A DNA stretch of 64,000 nucleotides, taken from positions 5,344,001 to 5,408,000 of the forward strand of contig CBDETK010000013.1 in the NCBI GenBank assembly GCA_965242865.1, in the 5' to 3' direction. Position 1 is the first letter of the stretch. Each line of letters begins with the position of its first letter. Under the pieces are notes generated by a model. The model saw nothing but the letters and a program-made list of their open reading frames with translations. It did no database searches and had not been told where the DNA came from. This document shows positions 18,844 to 30,535 of this stretch, piece after piece. The stretch is from Candidatus Latescibacterota bacterium (GTDB lineage Bacteria; Latescibacterota; UBA2968; UBA8231). The translations under genes were made by a program, and so were the position numbers.

Positions 18844-20085
18844 CTACACCTCTAGTATCAAGCGCGCCGGATCCTCCAACAGTTCCTTTATCCGCACTAA
18901 AAACGAAACCGACTGCTGGCCATCGACGAGCCGATGATCGTAGGACAGCGCTGTGTACATCATCGGCCTGATCGCCACTTGGCCCTCCACGGCCACGGGC
19001 CGCTCTTGGATCGCGTGCATTCCCAAAATTCCACTTTGCGGCGCGTTTAGAATCGGCGTAGAAAGCAGCGAGCCAAAAATCCCGCCGTTGGTGATGGTAA
19101 AGGTGCCGCCGCTTAGCTCGTCCATGGCCAGCTTGTTGTCGCGGGCACTCAGCGCGAGCCGCTTGATGTTGCTTTCGAGTTGGGCAATGGACATCTGATC
19201 GGCACGGCGCAAGACCGGCACGACGAGCCCGCGCTCCGTGCTCACCGCGATCCCCAAGTTGACGAAGTCGTGATACACAATGTGCGCGTCGTCAATTTGC
19301 GCGTTGATCGCCGGAAATTCGCCGAGGGCGAGGATAGTGGCGCGCGAGAAAAAGGACATCAGTCCCAGCGACGCGCCGTGGACTTGGGCAAAGCGCTCCT
19401 TGTACTTGGCCCGGAGCTGCATCACCGCGCTCATGTCGATTTCGTTGAAGGTCGTTAGCATGGCCGCATTGTGCTGGGCAGCGACCAAGTGCTCGGCAAT
19501 GCGCTGGCGGAGTCGGCTCATCGGCTCGCGCCGGATGGGGTCGGGACCGGCGGGCGCAGGCGGCGGCGCAGGTTCGGGCGCAGGAGGTGGTGCAGGTTTG
19601 GGCACAGGCGGCGGTTCGGGCGCAGATGCGGGTTCGGGCGCAGGCGGCGGCGCAGGTTCGGCCGGCGCGGCTAGCGTCTCTAAGTGGGCGAGCACATCCT
19701 TTTTTGTTAGACGCCCATCCTTGCCGGTGCCCTCGATGGCGGCCGGGTCCAATTCGTGCTCTTCGACTAAGCGGCGCACGGCTGGACTTAGGACGGGTTC
19801 GGGCGCAGCCGGCGCGACCGCGCTCGCCGGCGCTGGTGCGGCCGATTCTTCGGCGGCCGCTATTTCCGCGACTACCGCTCCTATCTCCAACGTGGTCTCA
19901 ACAGGTTGTAAGTGGTTGAGGGTGCCGCTGGCTGGGGACGGCAGATCGACGTTGGCCTTGTCGGTCTCTAGGACGCAGATCGGCTCGTCCTGCTCGACGC
20001 GCTCGCCATCGCCCTTGAGCCATTCGAGGAGAATGACCTCGCTGACCGATTCGCCCATGCTCGGTATTTCGACTTGTACTGACAT
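18844..20085 (-). CDS. sucB: 2-oxoglutarate dehydrogenase E2 (dihydrolipoamide succinyltransferase)
   Basis: Lipoyl domain ETDKA, E3-binding domain, Pro/Ala linker, SYDHRLVDG. Confidence 0.95.
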   Translation of the reverse strand: MSVQVEIPSMGESVSEVILLEWLKGDGERVEQDEPICVLETDKANVDLPSPASGTLNHLQPVETTLEIGAVVAEIAAAEESAAPAPASAVAPAAPEPVLSPAVRRLVEEHELDPAAIEGTGKDGRLTKKDVLAHLETLAAPAEPAPPPAPEPASAPEPPPVPKPAPPPAPEPAPPPAPAGPDPIRREPMSRLRQRIAEHLVAAQHNAAMLTTFNEIDMSAVMQLRAKYKERFAQVHGASLGLMSFFSRATILALGEFPAINAQIDDAHIVYHDFVNLGIAVSTERGLVVPVLRRADQMSIAQLESNIKRLALSARDNKLAMDELSGGTFTITNGGIFGSLLSTPILNAPQSGILGMHAIQERPVAVEGQVAIRPMMYTALSYDHRLVDGQQSVSFLVRIKELLEDPARLILEV

Positions 20086-20093
20086 AAATGCTC

Positions 20094-22910
20094 CTAACCA
20101 GATTGCCGCTGCTGATGCAGCACTATTTTGCGGCTTCGGCCCAATGCCTGCTCGACGATTTCCCGTTGCTCGGTTTGGTGGAGGAGTCCCGAACCCGTGG
20201 CCGGACTAGCCGCTTCGTCGCGGCCCACGTAGTTCAACTCGCAGTGTGCGGGCAACAGCTTATCTAGGTGAGGCTGGACAAAGAACCAAGCCCCCATGTT
20301 CTGCGATTCTTCCTGCACCCAGTAGAACTGCTTGGCCGCGGGGTAGCGGTTGAACGCCGCTTGGAGTTCGGCGGCCGGGAACGGATACAGCTCCTCGACG
20401 CGCAGCAACGCCACCTCATTGCCGTCTTTCTGCTGGCTGCGGGCAGTTACCAAGTCGTAGTAGATTTTGCCGGTGCATAGCACGACCCGATTGACGGCGG
20501 CTGGATCGTCGATGTCCGCGTCGTCAATGACCCGCTGGAACGTCCCCGCGGAAAATTCTGTTAGCGCTGAGACGCATTGCTTGTGCCGCAGGAGGCTCTT
20601 GGGAGTCATCAGCACCAGCGGCTTGCGGAAGTTGCGGTGGACCTGCCGCCGCAAGACGTGAAACAATTGCGCGGGCGTGGTCGGATAGGCGACCTGCATG
20701 TTGTTTTTGGCGCACAGTTGTAGGAAGCGCTCCAGCCGCGCACTGGAGTGCTCTGGCCCCATGCCTTCGTAGCCGTGCGGCAACAGCAGCACCAAGCCGC
20801 TCATGCGCTGCCACTTGGTTTCGGCGCTGGAGAGGAATTGGTCGATGATCATCTGCGCGCCGTTGACAAAGTCGCCGAACTGGGCCTCCCACAAGACCAA
20901 GCGCCGCGGGTCCGCCGAGCTGATGCCGTATTCAAAACCGAGCACCGCCAGCTCCGACAGCATGGTATTGAGCACCATGAACTCGGCTTGATCTCGCTCC
21001 AAGCACTGTAGGGGGATGTGCTCCGCGCCCGTTTCGGTGTCGTGCCACACGGCGTGGCGGTGGGCAAAGGTGCCGCGCTGGCTATCTTGGCCGGTCAGGC
21101 GCACCGGCACCCCCTCCCGCAGCAACGAGCCAAAGGCCATCACCTCGCTACAGCCCCAGTCGATGGGGGCCTGACCGGCGGCCATGGCGCGGCGGGCCTT
21201 GACCATCCGCTCAATGGTGCGGTGCGGAGAAAACCCTTCGGGCACTTGGGTCGCTCGCTCGACGATCCGCTGCAAAATTTTGGCATCGACAGCCGTGTGG
21301 GCACTCCAGTCGTCGGGTGCCCAAGTCAGGCCCTGCCAGACCCCTCCAAAAGACGCGGTGTGGGGCTGGACTTGGAGGCGACGGGCGATTTGCTGGGCCT
21401 CTTCGAGCCGGGTGCGGACCCGCGCGCGGATATCGTCGGCTTCCTCTTGGGATATTTTGTTTTGGGCCATGAGCTGGAAGGAATACAGGTGGAGGATCGT
21501 CGGATGCTCGGCGATCTTCTTGTACATCAGCGGCTGGGTTAGGGTGGGGTCGTCGGCCTCGTTGTGCCCGTGGCGGCGATAACACCACAAATCGATGATG
21601 ACATCCACCTTGAAGCGGTGCCTGAACTCCATCGCCACCTGCGCGGCTTGGATTACGGCTTCGGGATCGTCGGCGTTGACGTGAAAGACCGGGGCCTGAA
21701 TCTCCTTGGCTACGTCGGTCGGATAGGGGGTAAAGCGCGTCTCATTGGCCTGCGCGGTGTAGCCGAGTTGGTTGTTGATGATGACGTGGATGGTGCCGCC
21801 GGTGCGGTAGCCGGGCAGTTCGGAAAGATTGAGCGTCTCCGAGACGATTCCTTGGCCGGTAAAGGCGGCCTCGCCGTGGATGAGCACCGGGACCACCCGC
21901 GCCCCTTCTGAGTCGCGCAAGTACGCCTGCTTGGCATAGACGATGCCCTCAATGACCGGATCCACGAGCTCTAAGTGGCTGGGGTTAAAACTGAGCGAGA
22001 GATGGACCTTGCGCCCCTCGTCGGTGACGTGGTCGCAGGAATAGCCCTTGTGGTATTTGACGTCGCCCTCGTCGTCGTCGCGGTCCGTGCGGTCCGTGCC
22101 CTCAAACTCGGCGAGAATTTCTTCGTAGGGCTTGTGCAAAAGATGCGCCAGCACGTTGAGCCGGCCGCGATGGGCCATGCCAAAGACCATCTCTTCAACG
22201 CCCAGCTTGGAGCCGGTGTCGACCAACTCGTCCAAGAGCGGCACCAAGGACTCGCCCCCTTCGAGCGAAAAGCGCTTTTGCCCGATGTAGCGCGTGTGCA
22301 AAAACTGCTCAAACTCCTCGGCGGCGATGAGCCGGGCGAGCACGCGGTGCGCCGCTTCTGCGGACAAATTGGGGTTGTTGAGGCAAGGCTCGATCCGCTC
22401 TTGCAGCCAGTCGCGCTGCTCCTTGTCGGGGATGTCCATGTATTCGACGCCAATGGAGCGGCAATACGTGGTTTTCAGCTTGCTCAACAGCCCCTTGAGG
22501 GTTCCGTCCGTGCGCCCGAGGAAGCCGCCGTTGCCGACAGCCCTTTCGAGGTCCTCTTCGGTGAGGCCAAATTCCATCAGATCCAACAGCGGCAGGCTCT
22601 CGCGGTCGTCCCCCAGCGGGTCGAGCCGGGCGACGAAGTGCCCCATTTGCCGATAGGCTTGCACGAGGGCGCGGACGCCTTCGAGGGCCAAAAGGCCCTC
22701 AAAAGCCTCTATCTGGGACTGCTGCGGCGAGGCTTCGGCTGGTTCGACTGCTGCGGCTGGTTCGCCAGCGGTCTCAGAGCGTGCGAAGCCAAATTCAAAG
22801 CCGCGGAAGAAGTGCTGCCACTCTGCTGGGAGCGCGCTGGGGTCGCGCTGGTACTGGGCGTAAAGGCCCTCGACGTACTCGGCGTTTTCACTGTGCGTAG
22901 CAAATGACAT
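20094..22910 (-). CDS. sucA: 2-oxoglutarate dehydrogenase E1
   Basis: [52 protein letters not shown]; GGAGG RBS. Confidence 0.97.
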   Translation of the reverse strand: MSFATHSENAEYVEGLYAQYQRDPSALPAEWQHFFRGFEFGFARSETAGEPAAAVEPAEASPQQSQIEAFEGLLALEGVRALVQAYRQMGHFVARLDPLGDDRESLPLLDLMEFGLTEEDLERAVGNGGFLGRTDGTLKGLLSKLKTTYCRSIGVEYMDIPDKEQRDWLQERIEPCLNNPNLSAEAAHRVLARLIAAEEFEQFLHTRYIGQKRFSLEGGESLVPLLDELVDTGSKLGVEEMVFGMAHRGRLNVLAHLLHKPYEEILAEFEGTDRTDRDDDEGDVKYHKGYSCDHVTDEGRKVHLSLSFNPSHLELVDPVIEGIVYAKQAYLRDSEGARVVPVLIHGEAAFTGQGIVSETLNLSELPGYRTGGTIHVIINNQLGYTAQANETRFTPYPTDVAKEIQAPVFHVNADDPEAVIQAAQVAMEFRHRFKVDVIIDLWCYRRHGHNEADDPTLTQPLMYKKIAEHPTILHLYSFQLMAQNKISQEEADDIRARVRTRLEEAQQIARRLQVQPHTASFGGVWQGLTWAPDDWSAHTAVDAKILQRIVERATQVPEGFSPHRTIERMVKARRAMAAGQAPIDWGCSEVMAFGSLLREGVPVRLTGQDSQRGTFAHRHAVWHDTETGAEHIPLQCLERDQAEFMVLNTMLSELAVLGFEYGISSADPRRLVLWEAQFGDFVNGAQMIIDQFLSSAETKWQRMSGLVLLLPHGYEGMGPEHSSARLERFLQLCAKNNMQVAYPTTPAQLFHVLRRQVHRNFRKPLVLMTPKSLLRHKQCVSALTEFSAGTFQRVIDDADIDDPAAVNRVVLCTGKIYYDLVTARSQQKDGNEVALLRVEELYPFPAAELQAAFNRYPAAKQFYWVQEESQNMGAWFFVQPHLDKLLPAHCELNYVGRDEAASPATGSGLLHQTEQREIVEQALGRSRKIVLHQQRQSG

Positions 22911-23061
22911 AAAACCTCCAACTGCATGGGCTAGGCTAGATGCCTAGACGCCAGAAAAATAGCCACGTAAGTACGTAGGTGCAAAAAGCCGCTCTCAATC
23001 CTTGAGCGTTTTCGCGGCAACTCCTACATTTATCGCCCCATTCCCTCTTAGAAAGTATCCC

Positions 23062-26000
23062 ATGCTCCTCGCCTTTGTCGGCCCCCCGGCCCTGTCGTCC
23101 CTGCGCCGCCGGTCGCTCCTAGCGCGCTGCCAGCGCGCCGCGCCCGAGATTGAAGAACTGCGCGCCACGTACTTCTATGCCGTGCAATGCACGCGCGCCC
23201 TAGCGGACGACGAGCGGGCGCGGCTGATGCGCCTGCTCAACGTACATGCGGCCCTGCCCGCGCCAGCCCCCCACGAGGTTGCCATTGGCCCGCGCCCGGG
23301 CACGACGTCTCCGTGGTCGAGCAAGGCCACCGACATCCTCAAAAATTGCGGCCTCGAATTCGTGCGCCGCGTCGAGCGCGGTACGCGCTATGCCTTTGCC
23401 GGCGATACAGTGCCCAGCGCGGTCTTGCCGCTGCTCTACGACCGCATGACCGAGGCACCGCTCGCCTCCTTAGCGTCCCTCTTTCGCCGCGTGGAACCCA
23501 CGCCGCTCACTTACATTCCGGTGCGGGCCGAGGGGCGGCGGGCACTCGTGGCGGCCAACCGCGCGATGGGCTTGGCCCTCTCAGACGAGGAAATCGACTA
23601 CGCGCTCCACGCCTTTGCCGACCGCGACCCGACCGACGTGGAGCTGATGATGTTTGCGGTGGTCAACTCCGAGCACTGCCGCCACAAAATTTTCAATGCC
23701 GATTGGATCATCAACGGCCAGTGCCAAGCCCACTCGCTCTTCGACATGATCCGCCACACCCACACTGCCCACCCCCAAGGCACGGTGAAGGCGTATTCGG
23801 ACAACGCCGGCGTAATCGAGGGATTTGCCGTGCCGGTCTTCGGCCCGGACGAGGGCTTCCGCTATGGATACCGCCGGCGCCAGACTCACGTCTTGATCAA
23901 GGTCGAGACCCACAACCATCCCACCGCCATCGCGCCCTATCCCGGCGCTTCCACCGGGGTCGGCGGCGAAATCCGCGACGAAGGGGCGGCCGGTACGGGC
24001 GGCTGGTCGCAAGCGGGCCTGTGCGCCTTTTTCACCTCCCACCTGCGCCTGCCCCAGTTCGCCCAGCCGTGGGAAAAAAAGTGCGCCGCCTTCCCGGACC
24101 GCTTGGCTTCCCCGCTCGCCATTATGACCGAAGGGCCGGTCGGCGGCGCGGCCTTTGGCAATGAATTCGGCCGGCCCAACATCTTGGGGGTGTTCCGCAC
24201 CTTAGAAGACGACAGCACCGGGGCGTGGCGCGGCTACCACAAGCCGATCATGGTCGCCGGCGGCGTGGGCCTCATCGACGCCGCGCACGTCCAAAAGAAA
24301 ACGCCGGCCGCGGGCGATTGCGTCATTCAGCTCGGGGGGCCGGCCATGCTCATCGGCCTCGGCGGCGGCGCGGCCTCCAGCATGGACACTGGGGCCAACC
24401 GCGAGGACCTCGATTTTGCCTCGGTGCAGCGCGACAACCCGGAGATGCAGCGCCGCTGCCAAGAGCTAATCAGCCGCTGCATCGCGCTCGGCGCGGAAAA
24501 CCCCATCGTCAGCATCCACGACGTGGGGGCCGGCGGCCTGTCCAACGCCTGCCCGGAGCTGGTCGCAGACGTGGGTGCGCACTTTGACTTGCGCGCCATT
24601 CACAACGACGATCCGGGCATGAGCCCCATGCAGATTTGGAGCAATGAAGCGCAAGAGCGCTACGTGCTGGTGGTGGGCCGCGCTAATTTGGCTCGCTTTG
24701 CCGAGTTGGCCGCCCGCGAGCGTTGCCTGTTTGCGGTCATCGGCGAGGTCACGGGCGACGGCACGCTCTCCCTCGAGGACTCGCTCCTCGGCGGCAAGCC
24801 CATCGACGACCTCGACCTAGCGGTCATTTTGGGCAAGCCGCCCAAGATGCTGCGCCGGGTCACGCGCAGCCAGCCCGTGCTGCCGCCCCTCGCCTTGGCG
24901 ACTCCCTCCATCGCCGAGGCGGCCGAGCGCGTACTCCGCTTCCCAGCCGTAGCGGCCAAGACCTTCCTCATCGCCATTGCCGACCGCACGGTCACCGGCT
25001 TGGTGGCCCGCGATCCAATGGTCGGCCCCCATCAAGTGCCGGTCGCAGATCTGGCCTTGACCTGCCACTCCTTTCAGGGGACGACCGGGTCGGCCATGGC
25101 CATGGGCGAGCGCACCCCCCTCGCCTTAGTGGATGCGCCGGCGTCCGGGCGCATGGCCATTGCCGAGGCCATCACCAACATCGCCGCGGCGTCCATCGGC
25201 TCGATCCACCGCATCAAGCTGTCGGGCAACTGGATGTGCGCCTGCGGCGAAGAAGGCGAAGACGCGGCCCTGTACGACGCGGTGCGCGCCGTGGGGTTGG
25301 AGTTTTGTCCGGCGCTGGGGGTATCCATCCCGGTGGGCAAAGACTCCCTGTCCATGCGGGCCGTGTGGGAAGACGCCGAGGGCACCGCGCACAAGGTGGT
25401 CGCTCCTTTGAGCTTGGTCGCGTCGGCCTTCGCGCCCGTCAAAGATGTGCGCCGCCACGCCACACCCGCCCTAAAGCGCGGCGACACCCGGCTCCTGCTC
25501 GCCGACTTGGGCCGGGGGCAAAATCGCCTCGGCGGCTCTTGCCTCGCCCAAGCGTACAACCAAATCGGCCGCGAGGTCCCGGACGTAGCAGCCCGCGAAG
25601 TCCGCGCCTTGTACGAGGCCGTGCAGACGTTGCTCGATCAACAGCTCGTGCTCGCGTACCACGACCGCTCCGACGGCGGCCTCTTCGCGGCCGTGGCCGA
25701 GATGGCCTTTGCCGGCCGCTGCGGCGTGGAGCTGGAAATTGCCGCGCTGGGCCGCGATCCGCTCGCCGCCCTCTTTTGCGAGGAAGTGGGCGTCGTGATC
25801 CAATATCGCGCCGAGGATGAGTCGGCCGTGCATCAAGCCTTTGCGGACCAAGGCATTGCCGACTGGGTCCACGACGTGGGCCGGCCCGTGGACGCCTTGC
25901 ACCTGCGCGTTTGTAGCGGCGGCGAGCTCGTCTATGCGGCTCCCCTGCTCGACCTCCAAGCGGCGTGGGCTGAGCTGACGTATCGGATGCAGGCCCACCG

Positions 26001-26895
26001 CGACGACCCGGACTGCGCCCGCGAAGAGTACGAGGCCCTCGGCGACCGCCAAGACCCGGGCCTGAACTTCCACTTGGCGCACCCAGTCGCTCCCACAATA
26101 AGGGGCAAGGCGCGGCCCCGCGTGGCCGTGCTGCGAGAGCAGGGCATCAACGGCCAAGTGGAAATGGCCGCCGCTTTTGACGCGGCCGCCTGCGAGGCGT
26201 TGGACGTGACCATGACCGACTTGTTGGCCGGCCGCGCCGAGTTGAGTGGGTTCCACGGGCTGGCGGTCTGCGGCGGCTTCAGCTACGGCGACGTGCTGGG
26301 GGCCGGGGCTGGCTGGGCGCGTTCGATCCTCTTCCACGACCGCCTGCGTGCTCAATTTGCCGCCTTCTTCGCGCGGCCAGATACCTTTTCCTTGGGCGTG
26401 TGCAATGGCTGCCAGATGCTGTCGCATCTCAAGGAGCTGATCCCGGGCGCGGCCAACTGGCCGCAATTTGGCCCCAACCGCTCCGAGCAGTTTGAGGCGC
26501 GGCTCGCGACCGTGGAGGTGCTGGAGAGCCGGTCCGTGCTCTTGCGCGGCATGGAAGGGTCGCGCCTGCCCATTGCGGTGGCCCACGGCGAGGGCCGCGC
26601 CCAATTTGCCGATGAGCAAGCACGAGCACGAGCGCGGCGACAACATCAACTCTGCCTGCGCTACGTGGATAACTACGGCCGCCCGGCCGAGCGCTATCCG
26701 TCCAATCCAAATGGCTCGCCCGAAGGACTGACCGCCTTCACCAGCGCCGACGGCCGCGCTACCATTATGATGCCGCATCCCGAGCGCGTCTTCCGCAATG
26801 TGCAGCTGTCTTGGCGGCCGGCCGAGTGGACCGGCGAAGAAGGCCCGTGGCTCAAGCTCTTCCAAAACGCCCGCGACTTTGCCGATGCGAGCTGA
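23062..26895 (+). CDS. purL: Phosphoribosylformylglycinamidine synthase, large single-chain type
   Basis: [20 protein letters not shown], glutaminase domain GVCNGCQ and MMPHPER. Confidence 0.97.
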   Translation: MLLAFVGPPALSSLRRRSLLARCQRAAPEIEELRATYFYAVQCTRALADDERARLMRLLNVHAALPAPAPHEVAIGPRPGTTSPWSSKATDILKNCGLEFVRRVERGTRYAFAGDTVPSAVLPLLYDRMTEAPLASLASLFRRVEPTPLTYIPVRAEGRRALVAANRAMGLALSDEEIDYALHAFADRDPTDVELMMFAVVNSEHCRHKIFNADWIINGQCQAHSLFDMIRHTHTAHPQGTVKAYSDNAGVIEGFAVPVFGPDEGFRYGYRRRQTHVLIKVETHNHPTAIAPYPGASTGVGGEIRDEGAAGTGGWSQAGLCAFFTSHLRLPQFAQPWEKKCAAFPDRLASPLAIMTEGPVGGAAFGNEFGRPNILGVFRTLEDDSTGAWRGYHKPIMVAGGVGLIDAAHVQKKTPAAGDCVIQLGGPAMLIGLGGGAASSMDTGANREDLDFASVQRDNPEMQRRCQELISRCIALGAENPIVSIHDVGAGGLSNACPELVADVGAHFDLRAIHNDDPGMSPMQIWSNEAQERYVLVVGRANLARFAELAARERCLFAVIGEVTGDGTLSLEDSLLGGKPIDDLDLAVILGKPPKMLRRVTRSQPVLPPLALATPSIAEAAERVLRFPAVAAKTFLIAIADRTVTGLVARDPMVGPHQVPVADLALTCHSFQGTTGSAMAMGERTPLALVDAPASGRMAIAEAITNIAAASIGSIHRIKLSGNWMCACGEEGEDAALYDAVRAVGLEFCPALGVSIPVGKDSLSMRAVWEDAEGTAHKVVAPLSLVASAFAPVKDVRRHATPALKRGDTRLLLADLGRGQNRLGGSCLAQAYNQIGREVPDVAAREVRALYEAVQTLLDQQLVLAYHDRSDGGLFAAVAEMAFAGRCGVELEIAALGRDPLAALFCEEVGVVIQYRAEDESAVHQAFADQGIADWVHDVGRPVDALHLRVCSGGELVYAAPLLDLQAAWAELTYRMQAHRDDPDCAREEYEALGDRQDPGLNFHLAHPVAPTIRGKARPRVAVLREQGINGQVEMAAAFDAAACEALDVTMTDLLAGRAELSGFHGLAVCGGFSYGDVLGAGAGWARSILFHDRLRAQFAAFFARPDTFSLGVCNGCQMLSHLKELIPGAANWPQFGPNRSEQFEARLATVEVLESRSVLLRGMEGSRLPIAVAHGEGRAQFADEQARARARRQHQLCLRYVDNYGRPAERYPSNPNGSPEGLTAFTSADGRATIMMPHPERVFRNVQLSWRPAEWTGEEGPWLKLFQNARDFADAS

Positions 26896-27061
26896 TTAGC
26901 AAAGGAGTTCGTCGATAACGCCACCGACGATCCTGAGCTGATTCTGGAGTATCCGCCGGGCAATCCGGTGCGTCCCTACCGCTAATCCTTGACGCCTGCT
27001 CTGCTCACGGACAAACTATACCCCCACGCAGCTTCCACCTCAGCCCACGCTAGGAGCGTCC

Positions 27062-28045
27062 ATGACCGAACCCATCCGCTGGGGGATCCTCGGCCCGGGC
27101 AGCATCGCCCACAAATTCGCCGTCGGCCTCCAAGCCATTCCCGAAGGCGCGCTAGTCGCCGTTGGCTCGCGCGACCCGCAGCGCGCCGACGCCTTTGCCG
27201 ACCAGTACGGTGCCCCCAACCGCCACGCCTCGTACGAGGCCCTCAGCGCCGACCCGGACATCGACGCGGTGTACGTGGCCACCCCCCATCCCTTCCACAA
27301 GGACCATTCGATCCTCGGCCTCCAAGCCGGCAAGGCCGTGCTGTGCGAGAAGCCGTTTACCATCAACGCGGCCGAAGCCGAAGCCGTGGTCGCCTGTGCC
27401 CGCGCCCACGGAGTCTTTCTGATGGAGGCCATCTGGACCCGCTACCTACCCATTATGGCCCAAGTGCGCCAGTGGCTCGCGGCCGGGGCGATCGGCGAGC
27501 CGCTCATGGTCAGCACCGACTTTGGTTTTCGCGCCGGCGTCAATCCCAGCGGCCGACTCTTCAACCCCGCTTTGGGCGGCGGCGCCTTGCTCGACATCGG
27601 CATCTACGTCGTCTCCTTTGCGGCCATGGTCCTCGGGGCGCAACCCGCCCAAGTCGCCGCGGCCGCGCACCTCGGCGAAACCGGCGTTGACGAGCGGACC
27701 GGCATCGTGCTCCGCTATGACGGCGGTGCCATCGCCAACCTCTCCTGCGCCATCCGCGCTACGACCCCACACGAGGCCCGCATCGTCGGCAGCGAGGGGA
27801 CGATTGCCATTGACCCTTCGTGGTGGAGGGGCGAAAGCGCGACGCTCAGAACCGAGGGCCGCACCGAGCACATCCGGTTGCCCCTGACGGGCAATGGCTA
27901 CAACTACGAGGCACTCGAAGTCGCCCGCTGTCTCGGCGAAGGGCGGACCGAGAGCGCGGTCATGCCGCTCGACGAAACCGTGGCCCTGATGCGAATCCTC
28001 GACGAAGTCCGCGCCCAAATCGGCCTAAAATACCCCACCGAATGA
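27062..28045 (+). CDS. Gfo/Idh/MocA family oxidoreductase
   Basis: WGILGPGSIA, YVATPH, CEKP, GGGALLDIGIY; AGGAG RBS. Confidence 0.9.
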   Translation: MTEPIRWGILGPGSIAHKFAVGLQAIPEGALVAVGSRDPQRADAFADQYGAPNRHASYEALSADPDIDAVYVATPHPFHKDHSILGLQAGKAVLCEKPFTINAAEAEAVVACARAHGVFLMEAIWTRYLPIMAQVRQWLAAGAIGEPLMVSTDFGFRAGVNPSGRLFNPALGGGALLDIGIYVVSFAAMVLGAQPAQVAAAAHLGETGVDERTGIVLRYDGGAIANLSCAIRATTPHEARIVGSEGTIAIDPSWWRGESATLRTEGRTEHIRLPLTGNGYNYEALEVARCLGEGRTESAVMPLDETVALMRILDEVRAQIGLKYPTE

Positions 28046-28058
28046 AAGGAACGCACTC

Positions 28059-29027
28059 GTGCAATACGGCACCGTATCTGGCAGCGAAAAAAAAATTTCG
28101 CGCTTAGTTCAAGGCTGCATCATGCTCACTCGCAGCCGCAAGGAAGAGGGCTTTGCCCTGCTCGACGCGGCCCGGCAGGCCGGCATCACGGCCTACGACA
28201 CGGCCCACGGCTATGGCGGCGGCGAAGTCGATCGCACGCTCGGGCTGTGGATGGAGGAAAGGGGCAACCGCGCTGAAGTCGTCATCCTCGGCAAGGGCGC
28301 CCATTTCAACCAAGACCGCAATCGCGTCACCCCGCACGACATAGCTTCGGATCTGGCCGACTCGCTGGCGCGCCTGCGCTCGGACTATATCGACCTCTAC
28401 CTGCTGCACCGCGACGATCCGACGGTCCCGGTCGGCCCCATCGTCGAGGCGCTCAACGAGCATCGCGCGGCCGGCCGCATCCACGCCTTTGGCGGCTCGA
28501 ATTGGACGCCGGAACGCTTGGCCGAGGCCAACGAATACGCGGACCGCGGCGGGCTCGTGCCCTTTGTGGCCTCCAGCCCAAACTTCAGCTTGGCCGAGCA
28601 GCTCGCCGAGCCGTGGAAGGATTGCCTGTCGATTGCCGGCCCAAGCCAAGCCGCCGCCCGCGCGTGGTACGCGGAGTGCGACATGCCGCTCTTTACTTGG
28701 TCGAGCGTGGGCCGCGGCTTCTTCTCGGGCAAAATCACCCGCGCCAACGCCGAGCAAGTCCGCGACCAATTCGACGGGTCCATGGCCAAGTCCTACTACG
28801 GCGAAGCCAACTTCGAGCGACTCGACCGAGCGTGGACGCTGGCTCAAGAAAAGGGGCTGTCCGTGCCGCAGATCGCCTTGTCGTACGTGCTCAGCTACCC
28901 GCTCAACATCTACGCGCTGGTCCGCAGCATGAGCAGCGCTGAGCTCGCGGCCAACGAGCAAGCCCTCGACAACCCGCTCACCGAGGCCGAGATGGCGTGG
29001 CTGGATTTGCGGCGGGAGGAGCACTAA
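28059..29027 (+). CDS. Aldo/keto reductase
   Basis: DTAHGYG, SLARLRSDYIDLYLLHRDD, GGSNW. Confidence 0.9.
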   Translation: MQYGTVSGSEKKISRLVQGCIMLTRSRKEEGFALLDAARQAGITAYDTAHGYGGGEVDRTLGLWMEERGNRAEVVILGKGAHFNQDRNRVTPHDIASDLADSLARLRSDYIDLYLLHRDDPTVPVGPIVEALNEHRAAGRIHAFGGSNWTPERLAEANEYADRGGLVPFVASSPNFSLAEQLAEPWKDCLSIAGPSQAAARAWYAECDMPLFTWSSVGRGFFSGKITRANAEQVRDQFDGSMAKSYYGEANFERLDRAWTLAQEKGLSVPQIALSYVLSYPLNIYALVRSMSSAELAANEQALDNPLTEAEMAWLDLRREEH

Positions 29028-30488
29028 ATGCCTAAGCGTCCCAACATCGTCGTCCTGATGTCCGACCAGCAGCGGCTCGACACGGTGAGCTGCTACGGGC
29101 AAAACGAGGTCTGCCAGACGCCCCACATCGACGCATTGGCCGCACGCGGCGTCCGCTTTGACTCGGCCTTCACGCCGACCGCGATCTGCTCGCCGGCCCG
29201 CGCCTCCTTTTACACGGGCCTCTACCCGCACAAGCACGGCGTAACCGCCAACGGCCGGTGCCTGCGCGAGGGGGTGCGCGGGTTAAATCACTATCTGGCC
29301 GAGGCCGGCTATCGCTGCGGATACGCCGGCAAGTGGCACGTGGATGAGCAGACCGGCCCAACCGGCTACGGGTTCGCCGGCCAAGACTTTATGGGCTATG
29401 CCTTTCCCGGGGCCGGCTTGCTCCCCGGCCTGCAATTCGGGGCCGCGCCGAGGGGGCACAACCCCTACGCCGATTACCTCGCGGAGCGCGGCTTTGACCC
29501 GCCGCCAACGGTCTCGCACCGCTTTGTCGGCACCAACCCCTCCAACCAAGCGCAGGAAATGTTCGCGCTGCACGAAGGGCCGGTCGAGTCGTGCATTGAG
29601 TACTTCGTCGCCGAAGAAGCCATCCGCGTCCTCGACGAAGTGGCCACCGCTGAACAGCCCTTTTTCCTGTGGGCCAACTTTTGGGGGCCGCACAGCCCCT
29701 CGCTGGTTCCAGAACCGTACTTTTCCATGTACGACCCACAGGCCATCCCCCAACACCCCGGGTACGCCGAGACCTTTGCGAAAAAGCCCTATCGCCAGCA
29801 GCTAATCGAACGGCTGTGGGGATTGGGCGATTACGGTTGGGCGGGCTTTCAGGAGATTGCCGCCCGCTACTTTGGGCATTGTACCTTGATCGACGACATG
29901 GTCGGGCGCGTGGTGGCGCACTTGGACCAGCTCGGCGTCCTCGACGACACCATAATCGTCTATACCTCGGATCACGGCGACTGCCTCGGCGCACACAAGC
30001 TGATCGAGAAGGGCGAGTTCATGTACGACGAGATCTACCGCATCCCGCTCGTCATCGCCCATCCCGCCTGCCAAGCCCCGGGCACGGCCTGCGACGAATT
30101 CGTCTATTTGCACGAAATCATGCTCTCGTCCCTCGACGCGGCCGGTCTCGATGTGCCCGCCGACCTCGACGGCGAGTCCTTCCTTCCGGCCATTGAGGGA
30201 CGCCCGTTTGCGAACGGCCGCGAGGAAGTGTATTGCGTGTTCGACCGCCATTTTACGGTCGCCAACCAGCGCATGGTCCGCACCCGCACCCATCAGTTCA
30301 CCTTTAATTCGGGCGATCCGGGCGAGCTGTACGACTTGCAACGCGACCCCTATCAGCTCGACAACGTGTATGGCGATCCCGCGTACGAGCCGGTGCGGCA
30401 GGACCTGCTGGGGCGGATGGACCGCTACATGGACGAATTGGGCGACCCATTGCGCGGGTGGTTTGGGCGGATTAAGGGCGCGTATTAA
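29028..30488 (+). CDS. Formylglycine-dependent sulfatase
   Basis: PNIVVLMSDQQR, CSPAR (CxPxR), GKWH, SDHG, ELYDL..DP. Confidence 0.92.
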   Translation: MPKRPNIVVLMSDQQRLDTVSCYGQNEVCQTPHIDALAARGVRFDSAFTPTAICSPARASFYTGLYPHKHGVTANGRCLREGVRGLNHYLAEAGYRCGYAGKWHVDEQTGPTGYGFAGQDFMGYAFPGAGLLPGLQFGAAPRGHNPYADYLAERGFDPPPTVSHRFVGTNPSNQAQEMFALHEGPVESCIEYFVAEEAIRVLDEVATAEQPFFLWANFWGPHSPSLVPEPYFSMYDPQAIPQHPGYAETFAKKPYRQQLIERLWGLGDYGWAGFQEIAARYFGHCTLIDDMVGRVVAHLDQLGVLDDTIIVYTSDHGDCLGAHKLIEKGEFMYDEIYRIPLVIAHPACQAPGTACDEFVYLHEIMLSSLDAAGLDVPADLDGESFLPAIEGRPFANGREEVYCVFDRHFTVANQRMVRTRTHQFTFNSGDPGELYDLQRDPYQLDNVYGDPAYEPVRQDLLGRMDRYMDELGDPLRGWFGRIKGAY

Positions 30489-30535
30489 ATTGCCAAGGAA
30501 ATCCCAAGCATCCTAGCATCCGTAGGAGGTGCCTC

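Noticed and set aside
19540-19670. Tandem GGCGCAGG repeats
   Set aside because: Encode the ordinary Pro/Ala linker of SucB
25471-26865. Long antisense ORFs (also 2116-3045, 28104-29237, 43337-44461 and others)
   Set aside because: Shadow frames of well-supported genes in GC-rich DNA with no recognisable motifs
26896-26985. Coding-like fragment after purL (LAKEFVDNATDDPELILEYPPGNPVRPYR)
   Set aside because: No start codon and no family I can recognise
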